This document shows positions 52,080 through 64,000 of a stretch of DNA of 64,000 nt, in pieces. A program made the translations under genes and the position numbers. Source of the DNA: Stegostoma tigrinum (taxonomy: Eukaryota). Where the stretch lies: contig NC_081372.1 in NCBI RefSeq assembly GCF_030684315.1, forward strand, positions 30,705,481 through 30,769,480, in the 5' to 3' direction. Within the stretch, counting starts at the first letter, position 1. Each line of letters begins with the position of its first letter. Below the pieces are notes generated by a model. That model had not been told where the DNA came from and did no database searches. It saw only the letters and a program-made list of their open reading frames with translations.

Positions 52080-53520
52080 ACTGCCCGATAGGATTTCAAG
52101 CAGAGCGTTAGAGAAGTCACTGCGTCGCCGAGGCCTACGTGCACTGGACACAAAAAAAACTTATCCCAGGTAAAAAAAAACAACATTCGCAGCAAATACA
52201 GAATCACTATAACATTTAGGAGCTCCATTTATTTTAATTTACACACGGTAGTTAAAAAAATGATAGCGGTTTTCAGGCATTACCAGAATTTTAAAACTAG
52301 CGCACCTACCTCAAACGTGGGAGATTTTTGTTTGTACCCAGGAACCGCAGGGCAGGAAAGCTCGCGATCTTTCAATGAAAAGTTTGGTTGAACATCCCCG
52401 AGGCTCAACCAAACTTGCCTGCTACCCTTGCCTAACACTGATTGGTGCTGTGCCCCCTCCCCCTTCGCGGGAACGGAGGCCGCCGGGCCGCCCACTCAGC
52501 AAATGCAACTGACGATTGGCAAATACGTTTGTCATTCATTCGCCTCGTTGGGGTCCGAGGTAAAGGAGGCTTGATGGAACCCTCCCCCACATGGAAGGGT
52601 GAATAACGCGTGCACGTCCGCCAGCCAGGCACCCGGCGCAACCGCTCAACGGTCAGCGCGCGGGAGTCCTTTTCCCAGGATCCAGCAGGAGCGTGGCTTT
52701 TTTTTCTCTGTCTTTGCCGACAGTAAATGAAGTGCCGGCCGGCTGTTGGGGGTGGGGTAAAGGGAGGAAGTGAAGAGACGCAGACGCTGTGCGATAGGTG
52801 AAGTGCTGACGGAAATCTCTGATATGGTTCATGTCGCAAGAGCTTGAGGAAAGCCATCTCGCCAGAAAGAGAGAGAGACGAGTAAAAATAGGAGGTAGTA
52901 AAATCTGACTGGTTTTAACCTGTGTTGGTTTTGCAGTTCGCCGTTGCTTTGCCCCATTGCCGGTGTTTTAGTTGTTGCTTGCGATTTGAGCCATTGCATG
53001 ATGGCGTTGGGTCTAATCCGCTGCCGCAGACAGCGCTATAAATCTGAGCTGCTCTGGATTTGGAGAAGGTTTAGTTCGCCTGGACCATTATAACATTTTT
53101 TAAGCCTGCTACTTTGTATTGACTTGTTAATGTAGCAGTGGTGTGTCAATGCTTATTTGGAAGGGAGGATGGTTAAGGGGATCCAGCGGACCAACAGTCA
53201 CAGGTTTAGAATGAGAAGCTCCAGGGTTTGGATCAAGCGCAGCAGCATTGCAGTTTTTTTTCCCCCTCCATCGCACGCACTCTCACCGTGATTGCAAGCT
53301 TCTGAGCTGTCTCAACGGGTTGTTGTTAATGGGGGCAAATCCGTCTTAGCCTTGAACTATTATTTATTTCTCAAACGAGGGCGAGGTTTTCATCGCCCTT
53401 CCGCATAAAATGCGTCGGTGACCAGGAAGGGTATCCCGGATTTCTGCAAATGGTGAAATGCCGAGTTGAGTAATCCCAGCTCGAGGGACGGCGAGGTGTG
53501 TGTGGCGTGAGTTGGAAAGG
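52080..53520. promoter_or_regulatory. CpG island; GID8 promoter, probably bidirectional (DIDO1 on plus strand)
   Basis: Strong CpG/GC enrichment; minus-strand CCAAT boxes (ATTGG at 52441-52445 and 52515-52519), GC-box-like CCGCCC near 52490, ETS GGAAGTG at 52766-52772. The DIDO1 assignment rests on human head-to-head synteny only. Confidence 0.8.
52310..52420 (-). other. GID8: Probable non-coding exon 1 of GID8 (5' end uncertain)
   Basis: Donor GAG|GTAGGT at 52310/52309 just downstream of the CCAAT boxes; the ATG exon has an acceptor 10 nt upstream of ATG, so an upstream exon is expected. Confidence 0.6.
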
Positions 53521-54194
53521 TTGTTAATCATTTTTTTTCTCCTGAGCCTTTCTGTTTTCAGATGCGTATCACATTCAAGGAGGCTTTACAAATATTTCAC
53601 CTTTTTAATGCCGTCCTTTTAATAGCTAGTGCAGATTCATGATGAAGTATTCATGATTCATATGTTTAGCGCGGATGACGAGAAATTGTCTTTTTTTATG
53701 TAGAGCATTAACGGTTTACTGCGTTAGTGGCTTTTCTGCTGCAACTCCTGATTATTTTTGGTCTAGATTCGTAGATATCTTAATTGTATTGTTATGTAGA
53801 ATTTTGCTATTGAGTATGGGCAACAGGTTCCTTATGAGATTTTGGGCTGAATATAAAGTTGAATTTGATATAGAAATGCCTAATGTTATTAGCCAAAAAT
53901 GAATGAATAGATTTTTTTCCATTATAAATTGTTATAATGTTTAATGTAAATGATCTAGTGCTTGTAATGTGGCTGTAAGCATACAGAATTCTGACTTTTC
54001 AGAATTTAATATGTAAGCATATTATCTAATTTCAATTATTATAAATTGCACAACACAGAATGAAGCCATTTGATGTATTATACCTGTATTAGCTATTTGA
54101 AAGAGCTATCCAATTAATCTGGGGTGTACGCTTTGATCATAGTCTGTATATTCTCCTTTCCAAGTTTATAAAAAATACCCTTTTCAAAATCTGG

Positions 54195-55030
54195 GTAAAT
54201 ACGAGTTGTGTTTTGGTACAACAAACAACGATAGCGCTTAATGATAGCCCTGGGTAGTGTTGTAGAATAAAGGGAACCAGGACTGCAGATACATAATTCT
54301 TTGAAGTTTGTGTCACATTTGGACCAGCTGGTTTAAAAAGGCATTTGGCTCATCTGGCTTCATTGTTCAGTCCTTTGGGTTTGGAACTCGTGTTGAGGTT
54401 GTACGGGACATTGAGGCCCCTTCTGAAATACTATGTCCAGTTCTAATTGCCTGGCTGTAGGAAGGATATTATTAAAGTGAGAGGGTTCAGAAGAGATTTA
54501 CTGGGATGTTGCCGGGCATGGACAGTTTTATTTGTAAAGAAAGGCTTGATAGGCTGGGAGAGATAGTAGAAACTGCCGATGCTGGAGAATCTGAGATAAT
54601 GAGGTGTACAGCTGGATGAACGCAGCAGGCCAAGCAGCGTTAGAGGAGCAGGAAAGCTGACATTTTGGGTCTGGCTTCTTCTTTAACTTTCCTGCTCCTC
54701 TAACGCTGCTTGGCCTGCTGCATTCGTCCAGCTGTACACCTTGTTAACTCTTGATAGGCTGGGACTTCTTTCACTGCAGTGTAGGAGGTTGAGAGGCAAT
54801 TAGATAGCTTAAAAATAAGGGGTATAGACAGTTAATGGGAGTTGTCTTTTCCCTCAGATGCAGAATTTCAAGACAAGGGGACACCTTTTTAAGGTGAGAG
54901 GAAAGATTTAAGACAGACATGAGATGCAACTTTGTTATACGTTGGGTGGTTTGTGTATGGAATGAAATTCCTGAGGAAGTGATGAATGCAGGTACAATTA
55001 CAATGTTTAAAAGATATTTGGATAGGTACA
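54195..55030 (+). mobile_element. CR1 3' fragment interrupted by a Penelope fold-back
   Basis: RPLLKYYVQF, RVQKRFTGMLPGM, VVCVWNEIPEEVMNAGTITMFKRYLDRYM. Confidence 0.8.
54560..54749. mobile_element. Fold-back Penelope pLTR insertion with 15-bp target-site duplication
   Basis: CTTGATAGGCTGGGA at 54545-54559 and 54750-54764; inverted arms ~54603-54656 and 54687-54741. Confidence 0.9.
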
Positions 55031-55044
55031 TGATTTTTTTAAAA

Positions 55045-57120
55045 ATCATTTTGTGGGATGTGGACCTTGCTGGGTGGCTAGCTTTAATTGCCCATCCCTA
55101 GTTGTTCTTGAAGGTGCTGCTGAGCTGTCTTCTTGAACCACTGCAGTCACCTGCTGTGGATTGATCCATAATGCCATTAGGGAAGAAACTCCAGGATTTG
55201 GACCCAGCAACAGTGAAGAAATGGTGATATGTTTCCAAGTCAGAATGGTGAGCGGCTTGGAGGGATAGTTGAAGGTGATGGTGTTAGCATATATCCGCTA
55301 CTGTTCTTCTAGATTAAAGTAGTCATTGATTTGGAAAGTGCTGTCTGAGGATCTTTGAATTTCTGCGATGCATCTTGTAGAAAGTACACACTGCTGCTGC
55401 TGAGCATTGGTGGTGGAGGACATGGATGCAGTGCCAGTTACGTGGGCAGCTTTACCCTGTCAACCTTCTTGAGTGGGCTGCACTCATCCAGACAAGTGGG
55501 GAGTATTCCATCACACTGCTGACTTGTGCCTTTGTAGATGCTGGATATGCTTTCAGGAATTGGGTGAGTTATTTGCCACAGTAGTCCTAGCTTATGACCT
55601 GCTCTTGTTATCACTGTGTTTGTGGTGAGTCCACTCGACCTTCTGATCAGTGATAACTCCAGAATGTTGGTAGTGGGGAATTCATTGAACGTCAAGCAGT
55701 GATGGTTAGATTGCCTCTGTCTCTGGTCACAGCTTGGCATTTGTGTGGCACAAATGTCACTTGCCACTTGTCAGCCCAAGCCTGGATATTATTGAGATTT
55801 GTAGCTTTTGGGCGCAGTGTCAGAGGAGTTGCAAATGGTGCTGAACATTGTGCAATCAGCAAACATCCCCACTTCTGACCTTATGATGGAGGGAAGGTCA
55901 TTGACGAACCTGCTGAAGATGTCCGGGCCTAGGACACTACCCTGAGGAGCTCCTGCAGTGATGTCCTGGAGTTGAGATGACTGACCTCCCAAAAACCATG
56001 ACCACCTTCATATGTGTCAGGCATGACTCTAACCAGCAGAGTTTGCCCCCTGTTGCTCATCAATTCCAGTTTTGTTAGGGTTCCTTGATGCCATACTTGG
56101 TCGAAGGCAGCCTTATAATTCAAGGGGTGTCACTCTCACCTTACCTCTGGAATTCAGGTTTGAACCAAGGCTGTAATGAGGTCAGGAGCTGATTTATGTT
56201 TTTCCCTGGTGGAGACTGAACAGTTGCTGCTTGTTAGCACTGTTGATGACCCCTTCCATCACTTTTTTTGCTGACGTTTGAAAGTAGATTAGGGTGGTAA
56301 TTGACCAGATTGGATTGGTCCTGGTTCTTGCATACAGGACATGCTTGGGCGATTTTCCACATTGTCAGGTAGGTGCCAGTGTTGTAACTGGACTGTGCTG
56401 GCTAAGGAAGCAGCAGGTTTTGCAGCAGAAGTCGTCGGTACTATTGCAAGAATCGTCAGACGCTATAGCCTTTGCAGTGTTTCTCCAACTATTTCTTGAT
56501 ATCGCATGGAGTGAATCAAATTGACTGAAGACTGGTATCTGTAATGCTGGGGACCACTGGAAGAGGCCAAGATGGAACATCTGTTTGGTACTTCTGGCTG
56601 AAGACTGCTGCAAATGCTTCAGCCTTATTGTTTGCATTGTTCAGCTGGAGTGTTCCATCATTGAGGACATGGATATTTGTGGAACTGCCTCCTTCAGTGA
56701 GTTATTTAATTGTCTGGCACCGTTCGTGACTGGATGTGGCAGGACCTCAGAGCTTAGGTCTGATCTGTTGGTTGCAGGGTTGCCTAGCCCTCTCTATAAC
56801 TTGCTGCTTGTCTGCTTGCATGTCAAACAGTATATGTTTGATGGCTTCATCAAGTTGATACCTCATCTTCAGGTGAGCTTATTGCTGGTCCTAACATACT
56901 CTCCATTGAACCAGGGTTGATCCCCTACCTGAATGGTAATGATTGGGCGGGGGTGGGGTGGGGTGGTGGGAGGGATATGCTGTGCCAGGAGGTTATAGAT
57001 TGTGCTAGGGCACAATTCTGCGATTGTTGGCCCACAGTGCCTTATGGATGCCCAGTCTTGAGTTGTTAATCTGTTCAATGTCTATCCCACTTAGCGGGTG
57101 ATAGTGTCACATAACTTGGA
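55045..57120 (-). mobile_element. Decayed LINE (CR1/L2-group) ORF2 with RT
   Basis: AAFDQVWHQG, QDITAGAPQGSVLGPDIFSRFVNDLPSIIRSEVGMFADC, GDQPWFN; same family as 32130-33355. Confidence 0.85.
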
Positions 57121-60100
57121 GATTATTTGGATGTATACTTAAATAGGAAAGATTTGGAGGGATGTGGGATTATGTTTGGCATGGACTGATAGACTCTTCA
57201 GTCCAGTTTCCATGCAATATGACTCAGTGGCTGTATAAAAGCATTATTCGATCTCCTTTCACTGCTCACTCTTGTATTTTCCATATTATAACAACTTGTG
57301 TATTTTAAAAAAATACTGTTTCAGACCTCAATCTGGCAGACTGATCTCTTGCCAGTGAAAATGGCTTCTTCATATTTAGCAAATTCATCATTACAGAAAT
57401 CTGACCTTAATGTTCTTAGTGAGGATAACATTCCAAGCTTCTTTAGTCTTCTGAATAACTGTTACTGACCTTTTATAGTAAACATCCTCTGATTATACTT
57501 TGTGAAATTTGGTGTCCAGCTCCTGTCTGAAGCTGAACAAGTAACTTTTAAATAGGCTTATCATTACTTTTGTACTGTGGTCAATTTATAAAACCCAGCT
57601 CATTGCACTTTTTCTTTTTTTTATCTTGCCACCATCAAAGATTTGTGTATGAATTTTCCAGTTCATACACTCTCTCTGTAAAATTTTATTTAACTCTTTT
57701 TTTTTTATTGCATCTCACTTACAACAAGCTACAGCACCCAGTATGTCCTTTGTTGAATTTTATTTGCTACCAGTCTGCCCAGTTCATAAACCTATGTCCT
57801 CTGAAGTACCTTAGCTTTGTTCATTGCAGTCACACAAAACTTGGAAATATAGTAAATAAACTTTTAGTTCTGCCTTCCGTAAGAAATAAGAGTATGCATA
57901 AACCATTTGGCTTCTCAGACCTGCTCCCCTATTTAGCAATAATCTTATTAATCAGATAGTGACCTTAACTGTTCAGCCACCCATAATCCTTGATTCCTTT
58001 AAATTAAAAATCTATCTCACCCTCGCTAATATTCTAAGGCTACTCTGCTCTTTGATAAAGAGAATTTCCCAAACCATCAATCTTTTAAGAGAGTAAATCC
58101 CGATAGCAAAAATTGTTTCTAAACCGACCTTTGGGTGTCAAATCAGAGCATACTTTTACTTTGTCTAATAAACATTTGTTTATCAGACCATTTTCTGTGG
58201 TTCAGCTAGCTGCCTATCCTTTTTCCCCTTAATCCAATGGTTTTTAATTTTGCTAACAGTTGTATTATATGGCACTCTTGCTTCCAAGCAACTGTGCTCT
58301 TAGTTTTGTCCACCTTGAATTTTGGATGGAGGAGCCTATAGTTAAGGAGCTCTTTTTTTTTTGTTTTGAATGGGGTGTCAGATTTGCTGTATTCTATTAT
58401 GGGCATGACACCAGATCTAAGGGAGATTTGGAAGGTTGTGACTAGAGCCTCTGCTAATTCTACCTTTTACTTCAACTATGTAGTATGTATCCTATCTGGA
58501 CTTAAGACACTGGCAGCAGTAAAAGCTAGTAAAAAGGCACCCCATTATCTGAGGATAGATATCACCAGACCGAAACGTTAACTATGTTTTCTCCACAGAT
58601 GCTACCAGACTTACTGAGCTTTTCCAGCAACTTTGTTTTCGTTCCTGATTTACAGCATCTGCAGTTATTTTGGTTTTTTACCCTATTATCTTTTCTTTTC
58701 ATGCAGTTTGTTTCCTTTCACATTCAGCAGCATCCTTTACTTAGTGAAGCTGTAGACAATTTTGTCGAATTTAATGTATAAATGTTTCCGAATTTCCCCC
58801 TTCCATTTCAAGAAATGGATTGATGCCTTTTCTTACTGAGATTTGTATAATTCCTGAATAGCAAACTTGAAGAGTTGCAACATGTTGGGAGTCCATTCTT
58901 GGAAAAAGTTTGTCACAGATTTTCAATGCACATCTATTAGCTGTTTCCTTGCATTTTTTTTGTCAATGGACCGCACAATGTTCTTTATTTTTGTTTTGAT
59001 GGGTGTGGTAGTCAATGTAAAGTTTTTAGCATTTATTGTCTGTTCATAGCAGATGACCATGAACAGCTGCCTTGAATGCGAGGATGGTTTGATGGGCTAT
59101 TTCAGAAGTGTTAAACACCACTGTAGATCTGGAGTCACTTTTTTTATTTCAAAAACATAGTTTGTTCATGAAATATCTTTTTATGATTATACGCAATTCA
59201 ATTCTGTACACAAATAGATCAAGGAAACAATCCAACAAACTCTATCTCACAAACTAGAGACATCTCTTGTACAAAACTACATTTACTTGCATTTGAGGCA
59301 CCAGAAGGGTGTGATTACTGAACGGAGCCCTGTTTAACTTTGGTAAAATGACCCTAGATGGTCGTCTTTCCCCACTGCACCATATCTAAAAGTCCATTTT
59401 AAATGCCCCTATCATATCTGACTCCTCCACCACCCTGGCAACGCATTCCAAACTCGTGTCTGTGTGTCAAATTCATGCCCCTCCCATCTCCTTTAAATGC
59501 GTGCCACCTAGTATTAGACATTTCCACTCTTTTGGTCGGGGTTGGGGGTGGGGGGGTGGTCGTAGGGGGAAAGGTTCTAATCGTCAACCCTATCTATGAT
59601 GGGATTCAAACTCTAGTCTGCAAGGTCGATAAACTTAGCCCCTGTCCTGTGACACAGCACAATTAGGAGAGGTTTAATGTTAAAATATTCACCGATCTCT
59701 TATTCTGTTGTTCTGGTACATGCTTTTTATTTAACAACTGCAAGTTAGAACAGTTTTGTGTTGTGAACACTTAGCAGGAATTAAGTTGAGATAACCATGA
59801 AATCTTGCACAAGTGTAGTTAAGGGTATTTGTATGGAAGATGTGGTGTTCCAAAATTGGCAACCCATCCATCATGGGCTAATAAATAATTAAGGATGCCT
59901 GAGGAAGGTTAACATGGTTGTAGGCCAGTAAATGTGCATGGGATGTTTTCTTTTTAAAAATGCTTAAAATTGTGTTGGGGCAGAATGAAGGGTTTTACCA
60001 CTAGAGGAAGCCATTGACTGCCCCATATCATTCAAAAGTCATAATCAGGTCACTTTTTTGTTCGAAAAAGATCTCAACTGTATGTATTATGTTTTGAACC

Positions 60101-60571
60101 TCATTTCACTGAAGATAGTGTCAGCAGACAATAAGCATAAGAGTAGAGATAAGTCTGCTCTGGTATTCAGTAAGATTATACCTGATCTAAATCCTTAACT
60201 TCACTTTCCTGACTTCCAACCTCTCCCCAGGTTATCCCAAAAAAAGCTCAAAGGCCCTAAGCTTAACTGGATCCAGATCCGTCAGGTGTGACTGCAGCCC
60301 TTGTAGTGCCCGTTATGGTGCTGAGTGTCTACTGGGCCTGTTTGTAGCCACAGGCCTTTGTTTGTTTGTTTCTTGCGAGCGTGGGACATCTCTCAGTGAA
60401 GGGTAAAATTCCCACTGAAAACACATTTAGCCCATCTGCTGTTTGGAGTGGGCTTCTAACTGGCTCGCTGACTTCTCTTCTGCACATGACCTTTGCAGTA
60501 AAGCCAGTAGGTGGAAATTTCACTGTAGTTGGGGCAAAATGGAGTTCAAAGCTGCAAGCCTGAAGTCATCC

Positions 60572-60850
60572 TCATCATAGAATCCCTACAATGTGAAAGC
60601 AGGCCAGTTGACTCATTTGAGTACGTACCTAGCATCCCACCCAGACCCATTTCCTTCACCATCCCTGCATTTCCCACTGTAGACAATACGGGCAATTTAG
60701 CATAGCCAATCCACCTAAACCGCACATCTTTGGACTGCAGGAGGAGGAAACCCACTGCAGACACAAAGAATGAGCAAACTCTGCACAGGCAGTCATCTGA
60801 GGCTGGAATTGAACCCGGCTCCCTGGGCCTGTGAGGGAACTGTGCTAACA
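60572..60850 (-). mobile_element. V-SINE (HE1-like)
   Basis: Minus strand GTTAGCACAG...CCGGGTTCAATTCCAGCCTC (B box), CAGTCCAAAGATGTGCGGTTTAGGTGGATTGGC, tail GGGATTCTATGATG. Confidence 0.8.
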
Positions 60851-61049
60851 GATGCTTGAGGGGGAAGTAAAGTTTGCCAAGATATATTTCAGTGAAGCAG
60901 AAGGGTTCGAGGAAGGGAATAAATCTACCATTGAAGAAAATAAATACAATCCATAGAAATTGATACTATGTGAGAAAGGCCTCTTGTAAATCAGAGGATT
61001 GTGAATTTTAATAACCAACAAGAAATTACATTGAGAAAGGGAAATCGCA

Positions 61050-61665
61050 ATGAACAAACTTGCAAAGAACTCTCTTTTTAATGGAGATAACATGCAGGGT
61101 AGATAAACTGGAGCAATGAAATGTTAGATATTTGGATTTCCAAAAAGCATTTAAGGTATTTAAGTAAGTATTGCAGGTAGTATTCCAGTAATGATAGTGG
61201 CTTGAATAGAAGAAATGGGGTATAAAAACAGGGAAGTCTTGCCAAAACTATACGAGGCACCACTTGAATACGCAAAGATAATAGAAATAAAAACCATTCA
61301 GTATTCTAATGAAAGACATAACTGGCATTGGAGACAGTACACAGAAGGTTTACTACGTTGATCCAAGCCATGGGATTTTATTTTGGGAGAAGTTGAGTTG
61401 TCTGGGCTTTGCTTCATTTCGAAGTTACCTCTCATTCTCTTTTTTTTGAAGTATAAATGCATGGGTGACTTGGCAGTGTAGATGATGAGATCATTTTCCT
61501 TGCAATTCATGCCTGAGAGACCTTTTTAATCAGTAACTATATCAAGCGTGAAGTAGGGGGAGGGGTTGGAAGTCAGGAAAGTGGAGTTGAGGATTATTAG
61601 ATCAGCTATAATCTTATTGAATACCAGAACAGACTTGCTGGCTTACCTCTTTCTTTTATGTGTTA
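61050..61665 (+). mobile_element. Old CR1 fragment
   Basis: TATTTGGATTTCCAAAAAGCATTT (YLDFQKAF) and CR1-like 3' UTR GGAAAGTGGAGTTGAGGATTA. Confidence 0.6.
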
Positions 61666-62189
61666 TTGTCTGCTGACACCATCTTCTGCGAAATCCGATT
61701 TGAAACATAATTCATACAGTTGAGATTTTTTCAAACAAAATGACTTGAGTATAATTTTTCTGTCATGTGTTAAATAATTGTTTAGTTGTGAATTTTTCCT
61801 GCATATGCTGAGTGAATAATTGAAGATTGCATTGTGGAAAAAAAGCATATTTTTAATAATTTGAAAACAATAACCAATGCTATAACAAAATAATAAACCT
61901 GAACCCAGCTTTTCTTTGTATAAAGAATGCTATAAAAAACTTTTTTTTTGCTTATTTTTTCAGTTCAGTGCCAATCTAGTTAACATTAGAGTTGCAACTT
62001 GTGGCTCTAGTATCTGAAGCTAAACATAAAATTGAGGTGCAAAAACTAGCAATAGCAATAATGTGCTTGATGCAGCTAACAAGTGGAAATATTTAAACAG
62101 ACTTAACTTTTGCAGGATTTTTGATTTCAGCTTCATGAAAACCACATTACAGTAATTATTTTAGTTTTTATTTTTTCAGTGTGCCCATA

Positions 62190-63145
62190 ACTTGTAATAG
62201 CATGTTCTAGCCATAATTTTTCAGTGTTCTCTGGATTCAGGAATTATATCTCTGGATTGGAAACTTGTTCATGTCATTCTACTCTTGAAGGGTGAAAAAG
62301 GGAAATCAGCAAATTGCACACCAGTTAGTGTATTATCTATGATAGGGAAATTGTTGGAATCTATAATCAAGGTTAGGATAACTGATTAATCAAAGTTTTT
62401 TGTTTGAGGTAATCGGGGATAATCAATATGGATTCATGAAGAGTAGGTCAGCCTGACAAACTTCAGTTGTTTTTTATTGAAGATTTAGCAAAGGTAGTGA
62501 ATAGAGGTAAGTTGACGAATGCTGTTTATGTGGACTTCCGGAAGGCCTTTGTAAATCTCTTGTGTAGACCTTTAACAAAGGCGGAAGGCTACAGAATTAA
62601 GGGCAAATTACTGGCATGGATAGGAAATTGGTTGAATGGCAAGAAACAGTTAGAATAATGAGTAAGTACTCAAATTAGCAGGATGTGACTAGTGACCCAT
62701 GGTGATCTGTGTTGGGGGGGCCTCAATTAATCACAATTTTCACTAATTCCTTGGGTAATGGTGTAAAAAGGCAAATGTCCAAATTTGCTGATGACACAAT
62801 TGAGCAGCATTGGAGTCGGTGGTGATGACAGCCTAAAATTATAACATGTTGATAGATTAGCTGAAGGGGCAAAACTGTAGCAGGTAGGTTTTAATGTAGA
62901 CAAGCGTAAGGTTATCCATTTCATACTGAGAAAAGACAGCTCAGGTTTTTTAGAAGGTACAACATTAAATACGGTGGATGACTAGTAAGATTTGGGGTTC
63001 GGGTACATGGTTATTTTCTGCATTTGTGGCATTTTAAATAGCTAAGAAGGCAGGCCAATGGAGTTTGGCGACAATCATCTATGATCTTACAGAAGAGTGA
63101 AGCAGGCTGGAGGGGTTGAATGGTTTACTGCTGTTTCAATGTTCC
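62190..63145 (+). mobile_element. Old CR1 RT fragment
   Basis: NQYGFMKSRS, AVYVDFRKAF, LLAWIGNWLNGKKQ, SKFADDT. Confidence 0.8.
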
Positions 63146-64000
63146 AAATGGTCCTGCAGTCAAGCTGTTTCACAGCTTTAGCTTTGATCTTGAAATCGTA
63201 TGTGATCTGCTACACATTTTGTAACCTAAACATTAAAGTGAAAGCAGCCTCACGTGAAGTTTATTAACAAAATGGTTATTATTTCCTTGCCAGTCCTACT
63301 GATAGAATGTTCACAAACCAAAAATAAAAAAAAATCAAATTTAGTGATATCTTACCCGCTTGAGATAGTTCAATCCTTATTCCAGGATTTGGGCCCATTA
63401 AACCTGGCTGAAAATTAGGGCAGTGCTAATGAAGTACAGGATTGTCATTTGATGTTAAGCTAAGCTGTTGTCAGTATTCCTCAACAAACATCAATTTTTA
63501 TTGATATCATACTGTACGCTAATTGTACCACCCCAAGGAATTCATAGTAATGTAGTAGAAATCTGAATTATTAAATGATTTATCTTGGTACTTTTGGAGA
63601 TGAATCAACTCATCTGAAATAGCTTAACTGTCATAGATCTCATGAGTTTTGACATTACTGGATTTGATACCTGATCATAGAGGTGAAAAGTCACTTGCTA
63701 CGTGCTATTTTCCCGAACATGTTTTTCTTCATCTGTACTGAAGTTGACAGCAGTACTTTTTCCTGATGATTTAAATAATGTTCTGATTTAGCTGCAGAAG
63801 AAGAGTCTTGAAGAGGTCAGTCATTCATTTTTATCTGCAGTATTTATTTACAGTGACTCTCAATTGTCATGTCTGCTGCTGAATCACACAGTTACATGGG
63901 CAAAAAAGCTAACTAAATAATGTATTGTATCCTTCTCATGAAGAAACAGATGTGCAGGTAAAAAGGAAGTTTAGTATTTTTATAGGTCTCTTTGGTGTAA

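Noticed and set aside
52280-52857. 71-aa and 141-aa minus-strand ORFs in the CpG island
   Set aside because: GC-rich promoter sequence; no homology recognised.
60240-60565. GC-richer segment with overlapping short ORFs, possible DIDO1 exon
   Set aside because: No resemblance to DIDO1 protein that I can recognise and no convincing splice-site pair.

Overview
Eukaryotic (vertebrate) genomic DNA. The repeat landscape (V-SINE/HE1-like and Deu-like SINEs, CR1, Penelope and Rex1 elements) suggests a shark or other cartilaginous fish (inference). The window holds one complete protein-coding gene, GID8 (TWA1/C20orf11, CTLH E3 ligase subunit, 228 aa), on the minus strand in four coding exons (39082-38965, 35382-35186, 22140-21943, 20722-20549). 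GID8 has a probable non-coding first exon in a CpG island at ~52.1-53.5 kb and a ~3 kb 3' UTR. Downstream, a short minus-strand exon (4500-4379) is probably exon 1 of SLC17A9 (VNUT). The CpG island is probably also the divergent promoter of DIDO1 (synteny inference only; no DIDO1 coding sequence seen). The rest is largely decayed retroelements: a Gmr1-like gypsy element with integrase upstream of RT, a young near-full CR1 with an esterase ORF1, a Rex1/Babar LINE, and many Penelope-like elements whose termini carry hammerhead-ribozyme cores and form fold-back palindromes with target-site duplications. There is also an old local tandem duplication around the putative SLC17A9 promoter and a recent 270-bp duplication in GID8 intron 1. 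Most listed ORFs are spurious or retroelement fragments. All calls were made by eye; repeat boundaries are approximate.
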